Sequence record: phage_1
DNA length: 64,000 bases
Direction: 5' to 3' (one strand)
Part shown: piece after piece, positions 37,331-47,142 of the stretch
Numbering within the stretch: position 1 is the stretch's first letter
How the letters are laid out: each line of letters begins with the position of its first letter
Notes under the pieces: generated by a model
What the model was told of the DNA's origin: nothing
Seen by the model: the letters and a program-made list of their open reading frames with translations, nothing else
Database searches by the model: none
Program-made: the position numbers and the translations under genes

Positions 37331-40300
37331 ATGATTTTTCTGAAACAGTTTAACCAGCGCTTTACCGTGCGCAAGACCGATGAGTTCGGTCGTCCGCGTA
37401 TTATCCCGCTGGAGAAGCTCCAGCTCCCACGTGGTTCTATCTACCACACCATCGATTTAGACCAGGTGGTTTTAGCACCACCGTTAACTACACCGTNTTT
37501 TGNCCNGGTGGAAAAACCGGCGATGATTCGCCACCACTTCCAGCTGCCTGAAGACGGCATTATTGGCCACCCGCGTAAGAAACCGGTTGTTGGCCAAGAA
37601 CGTCAAATCTTCCAGTACCATCGTAACAATCGTCGTATTCGTCGCATGATTGAAGACGGCGTGGTACGTTCCGATCCGAAAGTGCTGCTCATCGAAAACT
37701 ACACCCCGATGCTGCCGCATTATTTCTACCCTGATACTCTGATGTCCTGGTACGAACGTCTGCACAACATTCAGCTGCTGATAACTAACCAGATGAAAAC
37801 TGACTCACGTGAGTACATGCGTCAGAACTACTACATCATCGAACTGGGTAACGTACTGCCTTCTTTCGATCGTTTTAAAATGACGTATAACGATCGTGTT
37901 AAAACCAAACTGGAGCGCTTTAAAGACTTTAACCTGCTGTGGTTACTGGAGTTGTTCGGTTGGGTGTACGGCGATCAGCAAGCAACACTGTTTGACGGTA
38001 TGGACATGAACCAGCTGTCACGTGTGAACTTTATCTTCACACACAACGGTGGTTTTACATCCATGAACATGGGTGTAATTGAAAGAATGCGTAAGTCTGC
38101 CGGTGGTCGTTTGACTGACGTGCAGATGGGCAGAATGTTCTACCGTACACTGACTACTGTGATGACCACACCGCCGTCTACCGACTACGAAGATGACGAG
38201 TTCGTTACACCGGAAGGGGATGAACGCGTACATCTGGGAGAGGACGACGATGCTGTTGAAACCGTTGCCAGTAAACCGGAAGAAAGCCTCGATATCGTCG
38301 ACGATGAAGCAACACAAAGCGACAACGTTGACGATACATTGAACGATCATGAGTTCGATGAGAAAGAAGATCTGGTCATCGAAGCGCCGAAAGAAGATGT
38401 CAAACCAACCACCATCGTCGTAGAACGCACCATCCCACACGATGCTGTGATTAAACAAGAAGTTGAGCGCCTGGCNGAAGCGGGCCGCGTCACCGCCAAA
38501 GCGTATCAGTTCCTGAACGAATCTTCTAAACGTTTCGTAAACTTACCCAACCCGTACAATCCTAAAGAGACGTACGGCGAAGGTCTGACCATCGATCCGA
38601 AGAAACTCGAAGTTAAAGCCGAGCCTAAGAAGATTGAACGCTTAGTTACGGATGAAGCCTGGGCGGAAAATACCACCGACCAAATCATTCGTCAGTACAA
38701 CCAGGAAATCTTCCCGAAAGATATTCTGGGGGCAGTAGCGTCATCTCAGCGTCTCGGTTTGGCGATTCACAATCACACTGTTNAGAAAGAGATTTCCGTT
38801 ACCGGGAATATCGAACACCACACGTTGCGTATTCAGCCGATTGGCGGAGAACCAACCACGGTACGTTTCTCAATTCCTGCATTAACCGAAGACGGTACTT
38901 GGGTTGCGAATGGTGTGGAATATACAATGCGTCGTCAGCGTGTTGATCTTCCCATCCGTAAAGTGTCCCACGATACTGTAGCGTTAACCACTGCCTACGG
39001 GAAGAACTTTGTCCGTCGCAGTGATAAAGTCGTCAATGATTACGGACGTTGGCTCACTAACGCGATTATTACTCGCGCGGTCGATCCAAAGAACACCGAA
39101 ATCACTGATGCAAAACTGGCGAATGTGTTCGATCCGCTGTCTAAACTGCCGCGTCAGTACACCGAGGTGGCACGTCGTGTAGCAGCATTCAACGCAATTG
39201 GGTACCAATGGAACTTTGACATTAAACAGAAAGCGGCATTCTTTAACGAAGGGCAACTGGCAGATGCGGACCGTGTCGAGCTGGTACCTGTGGCGAAGAA
39301 ACCGCGGAGTCATGTCATCGTCGGTATGGATAAAAACTCCCAGCTTTATCGAGTGGATAAGGATAAGACCGAACCACTGGGTACACTCGCCGAGGTCTTT
39401 GGCGTGGACACCTCTAAGGCTCCACGTGAAATGACCGAACTGTCACTGATGGGCAAATCAATCTCGCTGGGCTTTGTGTTTGCGTACTATCTCGGATTAA
39501 CCGGGATGTTGAAACACTTTGGTATCAGTTACGAGGTTCTCTCTGTCGGACAACGTATCGATAAAGGTCAGTTCGACTCCATTATTCGTCTCCAGGATGC
39601 GAAAATTGCAATTGTCTGCGAGAACGATCAACAGAGGATGATTGTCAACGGCTTAGACCGTTACATTAAACACTTTACCACGTATACCGAGTCGGAAGTT
39701 GACCGGGAAGACATTTACCTGAACCTGTTACGTGATGCAGATGGGCTAACACCACGCTACATCAAAGAGCTGAAACTGATGCGGACCGCATTTGTTGACG
39801 ACATGCACGCGCGTATCCTCAGGAAAATGGGCGAGCCGGNAACCTTTATCGGCTTACTGGAGCGTTCTAACGAACTGCTGCAGACGGACCACACGTTACC
39901 GGAAATTAACGGTGACGAAATGATGTTCATCGGGAACCAACGTATTTCGTATCACATCTACACCGCGATGGTGCGGGCGATGCGTAACTACAACAACGCG
40001 CCTAACTCGAATCGTAAGTTTGAGTTGACGCAGGACATGGTCTGGGGTGCAATTAACTCCGACCCGTCTGTTCTACTGGCTCCTGGTGCAAACCCGGTAC
40101 AGAACATCAAAGAAAAAGATGTTGTTACCATGGGCGGTACAGGTGGTCGTAACCGCAAGACCATGGTCTACAGTACCCGTGAATTCCAACCGAGCGACCT
40201 GGGGATTGTCTCCGGTAACACGGTCGATAACGGCGATGTAGGTATCACCGCCTTTGCAACAAACAATCCGCGTTACGACACCGTGGACGGCACGACCTTT

Positions 40301-41536
40301 AAAAAGGACCTCGATAAACTGAAGCCAGGTGAGGCACTGTCATTTATTGATGGCTTGGTGCCGGATACCCTGATGGACGATGCTAAGCGTCAGAACTTCG
40401 TTGGGATTCAATTCGGTTCTGCGACCAGTTGTGTTGGCGCAACCACCACACCGTATCGTACCGAGCAAGAAAAGTTCGTGGCACACCGTACTTCTGTGAA
40501 GCACGCACGCGTAATCGATAAACCTGGCAAGATTGTGGAGGTTCTTAACGACCACGTTAAAATCAAATACGACGACGGAGAGGAAGAAGCTTTCCCACTG
40601 GGCCGTTGGTTCGGTCCGCACGAAGGGACTTACTACCCACACACCCTGGTAACGAAATGGAAGCGCGGAGATAAACTCCCTGCCGGTGCCGTTATCACGT
40701 ACAACGAACAACACTTTGAACCAGACATCTACGATCCAACGCAGGTCAGTTTTAAAAACGGGATACTGGCAACTGTCGCTTTGATTGAAGGGGAAGAAGT
40801 AATTGAGGACTCCAACGCCATTAGTGAGCGGTTCGCTGCTAAGGCTGAAGCCGATGTTACCAAACTCAAAGAAGTCACAATGACGTTTACCCAGAACCTG
40901 TTGGAGATGGTAAAAGAAGGGGACCACGTAGACGTGGATTCAATTCTATGCACCTTCACCGACAACCTGACCGGCGATATGAGCGGGTTCAGTAAAGAAG
41001 CAGCGGAAACGCTGCGTGAGTTAAGCTCCTTTGCACCACGCTCTGGTGTTCGTGGGTTTATCGACAAAATCGAAGTGGTTTACCACGGCGAGGTGGAAGA
41101 TATGACCCCGTCTTTGGCGGAGATGGTTCGTAAATACGACCGTATACGTCGGAAGACTGCGCTGGCTCTCAAACGTGACGAGCCGAAGGATGGTCGAGTC
41201 AACGGTGATTTTCGTGTTGAGGGGGTGCCGTTAGCGTACAATAGCCTGTGTGTCCGATTCTACATCACACACCGGGTAGAGATGGCAGCAGCGGATAAGA
41301 TGGTTATTGCTAACCAGCTGAAAACGACGGTTCAGGAAGTGATGTATGGAACCAACAAAACGGAAGACGGGCAGGAACTCGACATTATCTTTGGTCGTGA
41401 TTCCGTCGACGCACGTATCGTAGGTTCTATCATGCGCATCGGAACCACCAACGCTGTCGGGTATCGTGGTGGGGAGAATATCGGACGCATCTTAGATGGT
41501 GAAGACGTCCCAGCCTTGCCGGCTAAAATCAACTAA
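37331..41536 (+). CDS. Virion RNA polymerase, beta N-terminal subunit, 1401 aa
   Basis: DDAKRQNF (RpoB DDANRALM), RGDKLPAG, EDSNAISE, ADKMVIANQLKT (GDKMAGRHGNKG), LDIIFG...ARI. Confidence 0.9.
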   Translation: MIFLKQFNQRFTVRKTDEFGRPRIIPLEKLQLPRGSIYHTIDLDQVVLAPPLTTPXFXXVEKPAMIRHHFQLPEDGIIGHPRKKPVVGQERQIFQYHRNNRRIRRMIEDGVVRSDPKVLLIENYTPMLPHYFYPDTLMSWYERLHNIQLLITNQMKTDSREYMRQNYYIIELGNVLPSFDRFKMTYNDRVKTKLERFKDFNLLWLLELFGWVYGDQQATLFDGMDMNQLSRVNFIFTHNGGFTSMNMGVIERMRKSAGGRLTDVQMGRMFYRTLTTVMTTPPSTDYEDDEFVTPEGDERVHLGEDDDAVETVASKPEESLDIVDDEATQSDNVDDTLNDHEFDEKEDLVIEAPKEDVKPTTIVVERTIPHDAVIKQEVERLXEAGRVTAKAYQFLNESSKRFVNLPNPYNPKETYGEGLTIDPKKLEVKAEPKKIERLVTDEAWAENTTDQIIRQYNQEIFPKDILGAVASSQRLGLAIHNHTVXKEISVTGNIEHHTLRIQPIGGEPTTVRFSIPALTEDGTWVANGVEYTMRRQRVDLPIRKVSHDTVALTTAYGKNFVRRSDKVVNDYGRWLTNAIITRAVDPKNTEITDAKLANVFDPLSKLPRQYTEVARRVAAFNAIGYQWNFDIKQKAAFFNEGQLADADRVELVPVAKKPRSHVIVGMDKNSQLYRVDKDKTEPLGTLAEVFGVDTSKAPREMTELSLMGKSISLGFVFAYYLGLTGMLKHFGISYEVLSVGQRIDKGQFDSIIRLQDAKIAIVCENDQQRMIVNGLDRYIKHFTTYTESEVDREDIYLNLLRDADGLTPRYIKELKLMRTAFVDDMHARILRKMGEPXTFIGLLERSNELLQTDHTLPEINGDEMMFIGNQRISYHIYTAMVRAMRNYNNAPNSNRKFELTQDMVWGAINSDPSVLLAPGANPVQNIKEKDVVTMGGTGGRNRKTMVYSTREFQPSDLGIVSGNTVDNGDVGITAFATNNPRYDTVDGTTFKKDLDKLKPGEALSFIDGLVPDTLMDDAKRQNFVGIQFGSATSCVGATTTPYRTEQEKFVAHRTSVKHARVIDKPGKIVEVLNDHVKIKYDDGEEEAFPLGRWFGPHEGTYYPHTLVTKWKRGDKLPAGAVITYNEQHFEPDIYDPTQVSFKNGILATVALIEGEEVIEDSNAISERFAAKAEADVTKLKEVTMTFTQNLLEMVKEGDHVDVDSILCTFTDNLTGDMSGFSKEAAETLRELSSFAPRSGVRGFIDKIEVVYHGEVEDMTPSLAEMVRKYDRIRRKTALALKRDEPKDGRVNGDFRVEGVPLAYNSLCVRFYITHRVEMAAADKMVIANQLKTTVQEVMYGTNKTEDGQELDIIFGRDSVDARIVGSIMRIGTTNAVGYRGGENIGRILDGEDVPALPAKIN

Positions 41537-41583
41537 TGTAGGGCGGGTCGCTCCCGCCCGGTAAATAAACTCCGGAGTTAATA

Positions 41584-41877
41584 ATGGGAATTTTAGATAC
41601 GCTCAAGCAGCAGCATGGGATTCCGGTGGGTCGTAATAGCACGAATCCGGAAACGGAAGGTTATTCCCCACAGCAACGCATGAACTTTGTTGTTCTGGGC
41701 AATGCGGTTGAATTGGCCACCGAAATTATTCACGGACTGCTGAAGGGCAGCAATGGCCTGTCTGACCGCATGGGCGATCAGCGTTTGCTGAAACGAGACA
41801 TCGCTGATATGGTGGGTGCGCGTATTACTGGTCGCATCCAGGATTCTATCAGCACCAAAAACGGGGGTCAGGCATGA
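41584..41877 (+). CDS. Hypothetical (probable head) protein, 97 aa
   Basis: GGAG SD; ATGA coupling to the next gene. Confidence 0.65.
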   Translation: MGILDTLKQQHGIPVGRNSTNPETEGYSPQQRMNFVVLGNAVELATEIIHGLLKGSNGLSDRMGDQRLLKRDIADMVGARITGRIQDSISTKNGGQA

Positions 41878-43349
41878 TCAACTTATATTCACTTAATGCT
41901 GTCACCAACGCAATGAAACTGGCGAAACAACACCAGGTTCGTTTGGAAGCTGACGTTGACAGTCCTGTTGGTCTACTGACAAAAGCGACTACGCAGCAGA
42001 GCGTTTTCGATACGCAGATAACTGACGAAGAGTTCTTCCAGTCTCTGCCGGATATCACTGCACTGAAAACACCACAATCTGGCACGGGCGAAGCGTCTGT
42101 AATCGCAGATACTGCAGCGGGTCCAGAAACGCTGAACGTCGAAGACCACGAACCGACACTGTTCGAACTGAAACGTATGGCTATCCAACGTTGTCAGGGT
42201 ATGCTTGACTTTGCCCGTAACGTTATTCAGCCGTTTGTTCAACTGGTTATCCAAAACAACCAGGGTATTGAAAACCNGGCNGTTNGNGAANAATGGGNAC
42301 TTGTGCCTGCAGGTATGGACCCGGCGTTGAACTCCCCGGTGGTACAGGCATTAATTGATTCGGTAGAAAACCCGCTGGGCAATGGTACTACGCACCCTGC
42401 AGTTAAAGCCAACGTCCCTGCTGATATCGAACTGCCAGAAACCGGCAGCAAAGCTTACGACGATCTGGTTAAAGAACTGTTGAATGCGCTGGGTTGGAAT
42501 ATCAACGAAGCCGTTCGCAACATGCTCGAAGGGAACATGCTCTCTCCGGTAAGCGACCAGGCACCACACAACCTGAAACGCAACATTCTGTTTATGCTNC
42601 TTTCTGGCTNCTACCTGGAAATGCCGTGGAAAGACTCTGGTCTGAATAGCGGGCAGTGGAAAGCACAGATGCTGCCGTTGCATTACAGCTATATCGGTTG
42701 GGTTTACGCCTACACCCAGAACATCGTTACCCGCATCAAGACCGGTAACATTGTCTTCGGATACGACAACGTTGAGAAGAAAGTGTATATCTGTCAGGAA
42801 GTGATGGACGACTATCTGGAAAAAGGCGGTAGCGTTGAAGCGTTACTGGGCGCTATCTACCAGCTGGACGAAGGTGACACCAATGTCTCCACGCGTGTAG
42901 CTTCACTGTTGGAAAAACAGAAAGACTACATCGCTGCCTGGGGCCACCGTTCTGCGATTCAGCGTGCTAAGCTCGACAGCAGTTGGGTAACACGCAATCG
43001 CCAGTCACTGAAACAAGCGTTTAACGTGGCTATCGATGCGACCGATCCTGAACTGTTCTGGCGTGGACAGGACGGTCAGGTAGCAACGCCGGAGTTCGTT
43101 AAGAAATCAACGGCAAGCTTCATCGATTCGTTCTTCACCACCGACACCACAGACATCACTGAGTTCGTTATCAAGGTCTCCGCGACTGAGGTCTTCGGTG
43201 AATACGAACTGTCCAAGCTGATGCTGGATATTCATCGTGGTATGATTGCTAACCGTCAACCTGACGAGGTGGCAACCGACTGGATGATTAACTACGTCCT
43301 GGATTGGATTTGTGGCGGTGTGGTTATTTCTGTACCGAGCAAAGTTTAA
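41874..43349 (+). CDS. Putative internal head protein, 491 aa
   Basis: Long ORF between the vRNAP genes; role inferred from phiKZ/SPN3US synteny. Confidence 0.55.
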   Translation: MINLYSLNAVTNAMKLAKQHQVRLEADVDSPVGLLTKATTQQSVFDTQITDEEFFQSLPDITALKTPQSGTGEASVIADTAAGPETLNVEDHEPTLFELKRMAIQRCQGMLDFARNVIQPFVQLVIQNNQGIENXXVXEXWXLVPAGMDPALNSPVVQALIDSVENPLGNGTTHPAVKANVPADIELPETGSKAYDDLVKELLNALGWNINEAVRNMLEGNMLSPVSDQAPHNLKRNILFMXLSGXYLEMPWKDSGLNSGQWKAQMLPLHYSYIGWVYAYTQNIVTRIKTGNIVFGYDNVEKKVYICQEVMDDYLEKGGSVEALLGAIYQLDEGDTNVSTRVASLLEKQKDYIAAWGHRSAIQRAKLDSSWVTRNRQSLKQAFNVAIDATDPELFWRGQDGQVATPEFVKKSTASFIDSFFTTDTTDITEFVIKVSATEVFGEYELSKLMLDIHRGMIANRQPDEVATDWMINYVLDWICGGVVISVPSKV

Positions 43350-43364
43350 TAAAGAGAGGTGGTC

Positions 43365-44087
43365 ATGAGCGCCATTGAAACAGCACGTCGTGACGCGACG
43401 AAAATTCATGCAGATTTAGTGGACCAAGGCACGGCCACCATCACCAAAGGGGGATGTTACATTTACATCCCTGTTGGCTTCGTGGCTAAAGAGCTGGCGG
43501 TAATTTCTTCGCAAGTCGAAATCGTCGGCATTTTCGCTATCTCCACTGACCGCAAAACCTACGGGGTATCGAACGTCACGACGTTCATTGAAATTACCCC
43601 GTCGGCGTTTGAGGAAATTGACGTTCAGGGTGTGCCGTATTACGAGTTCCGTTTTGACCCCGGCACGGTGGTGTTCCCCAACCGAATGCTGCAAGTGCTA
43701 TCCTCGCCAGTCTACAACATCGCTTCGTACATCTACGACTTCGGAAACCGGCCTTTCTGGTACACCGCAGTAGATGACGCTGAGCTATTGTCTGACACTA
43801 AGACGTGGAACGGCTTTACGGTCTTTAACGACCAGATCACCGCTGACTGTTATGCTGCCCACACACAGCGTAAGGTTGGCGACCCGCGGACGTATTTCCG
43901 CTACACCCTGAAAAAAGACAGCGATTTGATGAATCGGGTGCAGTTTATTCCGCTGCGTTCAGGTTCATTGAACAAAACTTCCCGGTTGGCCAAGATTGCA
44001 GATGTGGAACTGAAACAGGGTATCCGTTCTGCACTCCAGGTCGATCCGGTACGTGCAGAGCCACTCGAGGATTTGTATATGAGGTAA
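43365..44087 (+). CDS. Probable virion RNA polymerase beta' C-terminal subunit (phiKZ gp176-like)
   Basis: Position just upstream of the protease; C-terminal SRLAKIADVELKQGIRSAL resembles RpoC SFLSAASFQETTRVLTEAA. GAGG SD favours ATG 43365. Confidence 0.6.
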   Translation: MSAIETARRDATKIHADLVDQGTATITKGGCYIYIPVGFVAKELAVISSQVEIVGIFAISTDRKTYGVSNVTTFIEITPSAFEEIDVQGVPYYEFRFDPGTVVFPNRMLQVLSSPVYNIASYIYDFGNRPFWYTAVDDAELLSDTKTWNGFTVFNDQITADCYAAHTQRKVGDPRTYFRYTLKKDSDLMNRVQFIPLRSGSLNKTSRLAKIADVELKQGIRSALQVDPVRAEPLEDLYMR

Positions 44088-44149
44088 CTGAGGTAGGGTT
44101 ATTGTACGTCCCCAATAACCCGCTTCGGTAATAACAACTGGGGAAACCA

Positions 44150-44953
44150 ATGGAAAACTTGTCACTACGTTATAACTGCGTGGCACTCGCTGGGGTCAAT
44201 AAAGGGGCAACGCTAAAGAAAGATGCGGACGGATATTACTACGTCCTGTTAGGTGCATTGAATATTTTCAACTCTGAGAATATTTACTACGCCTATAACG
44301 AGTCAAAACATGTCTTCGAGCGCTCTAACGTTTTCATGCGTAAAGTTTTGGCGGGGAATCTCTTCGGTGAAGAAGACCATCCGCAATACGAACAAGGCAT
44401 GAGCGAAGCCCAGTGGATCGAACGTAACGAATGGATCGAAACGCGTAACGTGTGTATGCACATTCGCGAAGTAGAAGTGAAGCCGACCGACCAGATGTGT
44501 AACGGTCTGCCGGTGATGGAAATTTGGGGTTGGATTAAACCTAACCGTGAACGTGGTCCGCTTCTGGCGGAAGCACTAGAGAACCCACATCAGAACGTGT
44601 GTTTCTCACTGCGTGCTATCGTTCGTGAAGGTCGTCTGGGTACGACAATCGTACGCCGCATCGATAAACTGGTCACCTTTGACTGGGTTATTGAAGATGG
44701 TCTGCAAATCTGTAACAAATACTCTGCGATTCAACGCGGTAGTAAAGTGGCACAGGAATCCACTCGCACTTACGTCGACCGTCCTATTAGTCGTCAGGTG
44801 CTGGAAGACATCCTGTACAATCCGACAACGACCAGCGCTGTTGCCACTGAGTCCCGTCGTGGCGCTCTCCAGCAACTCGCGCAGGAATACCTGCAGCTGG
44901 CTCCGAAAGTGTCCAATCTGCGGGTAATGGGCATGGGTGTAAGGAGCTGGTAA
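44150..44953 (+). CDS. Prohead (head maturation) serine protease (phiKZ gp175 / SPN3US gp245-like)
   Basis: GEEDHP (His77), CFSLR (Ser153), TFDWV; candidate C-terminal self-cleavage sites VAQE203 and VATE234. Confidence 0.9.
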   Translation: MENLSLRYNCVALAGVNKGATLKKDADGYYYVLLGALNIFNSENIYYAYNESKHVFERSNVFMRKVLAGNLFGEEDHPQYEQGMSEAQWIERNEWIETRNVCMHIREVEVKPTDQMCNGLPVMEIWGWIKPNRERGPLLAEALENPHQNVCFSLRAIVREGRLGTTIVRRIDKLVTFDWVIEDGLQICNKYSAIQRGSKVAQESTRTYVDRPISRQVLEDILYNPTTTSAVATESRRGALQQLAQEYLQLAPKVSNLRVMGMGVRSW

Positions 44954-44956
44954 AAA

Positions 44957-45586
44957 ATGGCAGAACATGTCGACCCGTCATTAGAGCGGTGGTGTGAACG
45001 CCAGATGCCGCACGTCGCCAAAAAGTTGACGTTACGTAAACTGACTGAACAGCCGCTGCATTTAAGCAAGTGTAAGATACCGACGTTTTCGCCGCGTATC
45101 CCACTTTCGTGCGCGCCAGATGAAGACAAGACCGTGCCCAGGATTTGCTGCTCGGTAGATTTAGAGCGAGCGATTAAGGGTGCACGTCACAACTTCTCTG
45201 CAATCGAAATACCCACACGATTGTATCTTTACGGTTTTGATGAACGTGATGTAGCGCAGCCTTCGGTCAACCTGACACAGGAACCGAATCGGGCGGGTGA
45301 AGTATGGATTGTACCACACCGCATGTCGAACTGGGATATCAAACCGATTTACCTGGGCGAGATGCGATTGTCAGAACTTCGCAACGGTGGTCATGTTTTT
45401 GTCTATCACTTAAGTTTCGGACAAGATGTGCGCCTGTCTACCAGTCAACTGCTGAAAGCCGGCGAGTTTTATCGGCTGATTATCAGCGTCAACTGGGAGC
45501 GCGGTGAAGTTAAGGTCTCGGAGGCGGTCGCCACTGCGCGTACTGCTTTTGATAACGCACTGAACGAATACGTCGTTTCACCGTAG
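44957..45586 (+). CDS. Putative virion protein, 209 aa, possible ART-like fold
   Basis: LHLS...FSPRIP...EDKTVPRICCS...GEVWI pattern. Confidence 0.5.
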   Translation: MAEHVDPSLERWCERQMPHVAKKLTLRKLTEQPLHLSKCKIPTFSPRIPLSCAPDEDKTVPRICCSVDLERAIKGARHNFSAIEIPTRLYLYGFDERDVAQPSVNLTQEPNRAGEVWIVPHRMSNWDIKPIYLGEMRLSELRNGGHVFVYHLSFGQDVRLSTSQLLKAGEFYRLIISVNWERGEVKVSEAVATARTAFDNALNEYVVSP

Positions 45587-45641
45587 TGCCTAGTTCGTGG
45601 TCTGCAAATCACAACTAAAAACCACTACAGTAGGGGGACGC

Positions 45642-45941
45642 ATGAAGGTCGTTAACATCGCAATACCTCCGACCCTTCGTTGTTTGACGCCGGAAGAACT
45701 GAAAGCGTTAGCGATCTACGCTATCCAAGGAAAGGCTGGTAAAGAAGTGCTTGCCGAAATCTTATCGAAACGTTTTGATACAAAACGCAAGGTTAATAAC
45801 ATTATCTCCGGAATCGCGTCGCTAGATATCATGGCACTCTATTGCGACATTAAAGAGGCTGGAGTGACAATCGACTATCGCCGTACTTACTTTCTACTCA
45901 CTGAGCCGTATCGTTCGAATATGGCAATAAAGCAGATGTAA
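45642..45941 (+). CDS. Hypothetical protein, 99 aa
   Basis: AGGGGGA SD before ATG 45642. Confidence 0.6.
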   Translation: MKVVNIAIPPTLRCLTPEELKALAIYAIQGKAGKEVLAEILSKRFDTKRKVNNIISGIASLDIMALYCDIKEAGVTIDYRRTYFLLTEPYRSNMAIKQM

Positions 45942-45994
45942 TTTTTTACATGACGTTGGTTTCATGTGTTGGGGAACAAAATAAGGACAAGAAA

Positions 45995-46543
45995 ATGTTT
46001 TATCTGGATAGCGATGGCGTTTTTGCACGCTGGCGTAAATACGTTTTATCCACACATTTTCCCGGAANGACGATTAAAGAGTTTAACGCATTACCTGAAC
46101 TCCGCCGTCGTAGTTTGGTTCGTTCGATGTATCAGAACGATCCTGACTTGTTTTACAAACTCGAACCAATTGAGGGTGTAGAGCGAATCCTGGAAACGGT
46201 AGATAGACTTTGCGACAGTTGGGCAATACTCACCTCTGGGTCAGAAGATCACTACGACCACCAATTGGTTGTGGATTCAAAACAACGGTGGTTCATGAAG
46301 CACTTTGGGGTACCAGCTGACAAAGTCATCGTCACCGAAAGTTCAGGGCAGAAGAAAGCTTACGCCTCGCGAGGTAATTTGCTTGTCGACGATTATGGTC
46401 GTAACTGTCGAGAATGGATTTTGCAAGGTGGTGCGGCGATATGGTCGCGAACTGAAGAACCGAACATTGATGGCATTTGCCTCCAGTGTGAAGCGTTCTA
46501 CAATGACCCGATTACTCACTCGGGGACACTACTGCAAGTCTAA
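45995..46543 (+). CDS. HAD-family 5'(3')-deoxyribonucleotidase
   Basis: Motif I YLDSDGV, motif II ILTS, motif III K, motif IV LLVDD; AAGGA SD supports ATG 45995. Confidence 0.8.
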   Translation: MFYLDSDGVFARWRKYVLSTHFPGXTIKEFNALPELRRRSLVRSMYQNDPDLFYKLEPIEGVERILETVDRLCDSWAILTSGSEDHYDHQLVVDSKQRWFMKHFGVPADKVIVTESSGQKKAYASRGNLLVDDYGRNCREWILQGGAAIWSRTEEPNIDGICLQCEAFYNDPITHSGTLLQV

Positions 46544-46551
46544 GCTCTACT

Positions 46552-46596
46552 AGGCTCATCCTATCTTCGGATACGGGTGAGCCTTTTTATTTTATT
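46552..46596 (+). terminator. Intrinsic terminator
   Basis: AGGCTCATCCTATC-TTCG-GATACGGGTGAGCCT followed by TTTTATTTT. Confidence 0.8.
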
Positions 46597-46606
46597 AATT
46601 GCATTC

Positions 46607-46633
46607 AAAAAGAACTGAGATATATATTACTTA
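46607..46633 (+). promoter_or_regulatory. Putative phage early promoter motif, copy 3 (AAAAAGAACTGAGATATATATTACTTA)
   Basis: Follows a terminator and heads a run of small non-structural genes; contains TATTAC, the reported phiKZ early-promoter core. Confidence 0.65.
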
Positions 46634-46689
46634 GGTGAGCGTTACACGTTAACGCTTTAATCGACTATTACCCAGAAGGAGTATTTACA

Positions 46690-47088
46690 ATGACTAACCA
46701 ACTACGCCAAGACCCGTTTGTTGCCATGATGCTTTGTGCTAAAGCCGAGAGCAACGAAGCCGATTTAATTCGTCTGTTGACTGATGACGAATACCTTATC
46801 TCTGAACGTGATAAACGTTTAGAAGAACTCTATAAGCCAGAAACCGGTGAATCGCTCGGTAATCAAAACGCCTGGAAATTTCTTATTCTCGTAGCTGATG
46901 AAAAATGGCGAGCAGAAAATCCCATCGTCTGCGATATTACAGACTTACCGTACAAATACGGCGGACTCATCACTAGCGACCTGCATCTTAAAGCGTTCTT
47001 TGCTGGTGAAGCAATTCAAGAACTGCAAGATGTTCTTGTTACAGCAACAAACACTTTGAGACGTTTACGCGCTGAGCAGCTAATCTGA
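46690..47088 (+). CDS. Hypothetical protein, 132 aa
   Basis: AAGGAG SD. Confidence 0.75.
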   Translation: MTNQLRQDPFVAMMLCAKAESNEADLIRLLTDDEYLISERDKRLEELYKPETGESLGNQNAWKFLILVADEKWRAENPIVCDITDLPYKYGGLITSDLHLKAFFAGEAIQELQDVLVTATNTLRRLRAEQLI

Positions 47089-47142
47089 TCCCTCAAAAAT
47101 AACGAATCGTACAAATCCTTTGACTGTGTAGGAAGGAATAAA

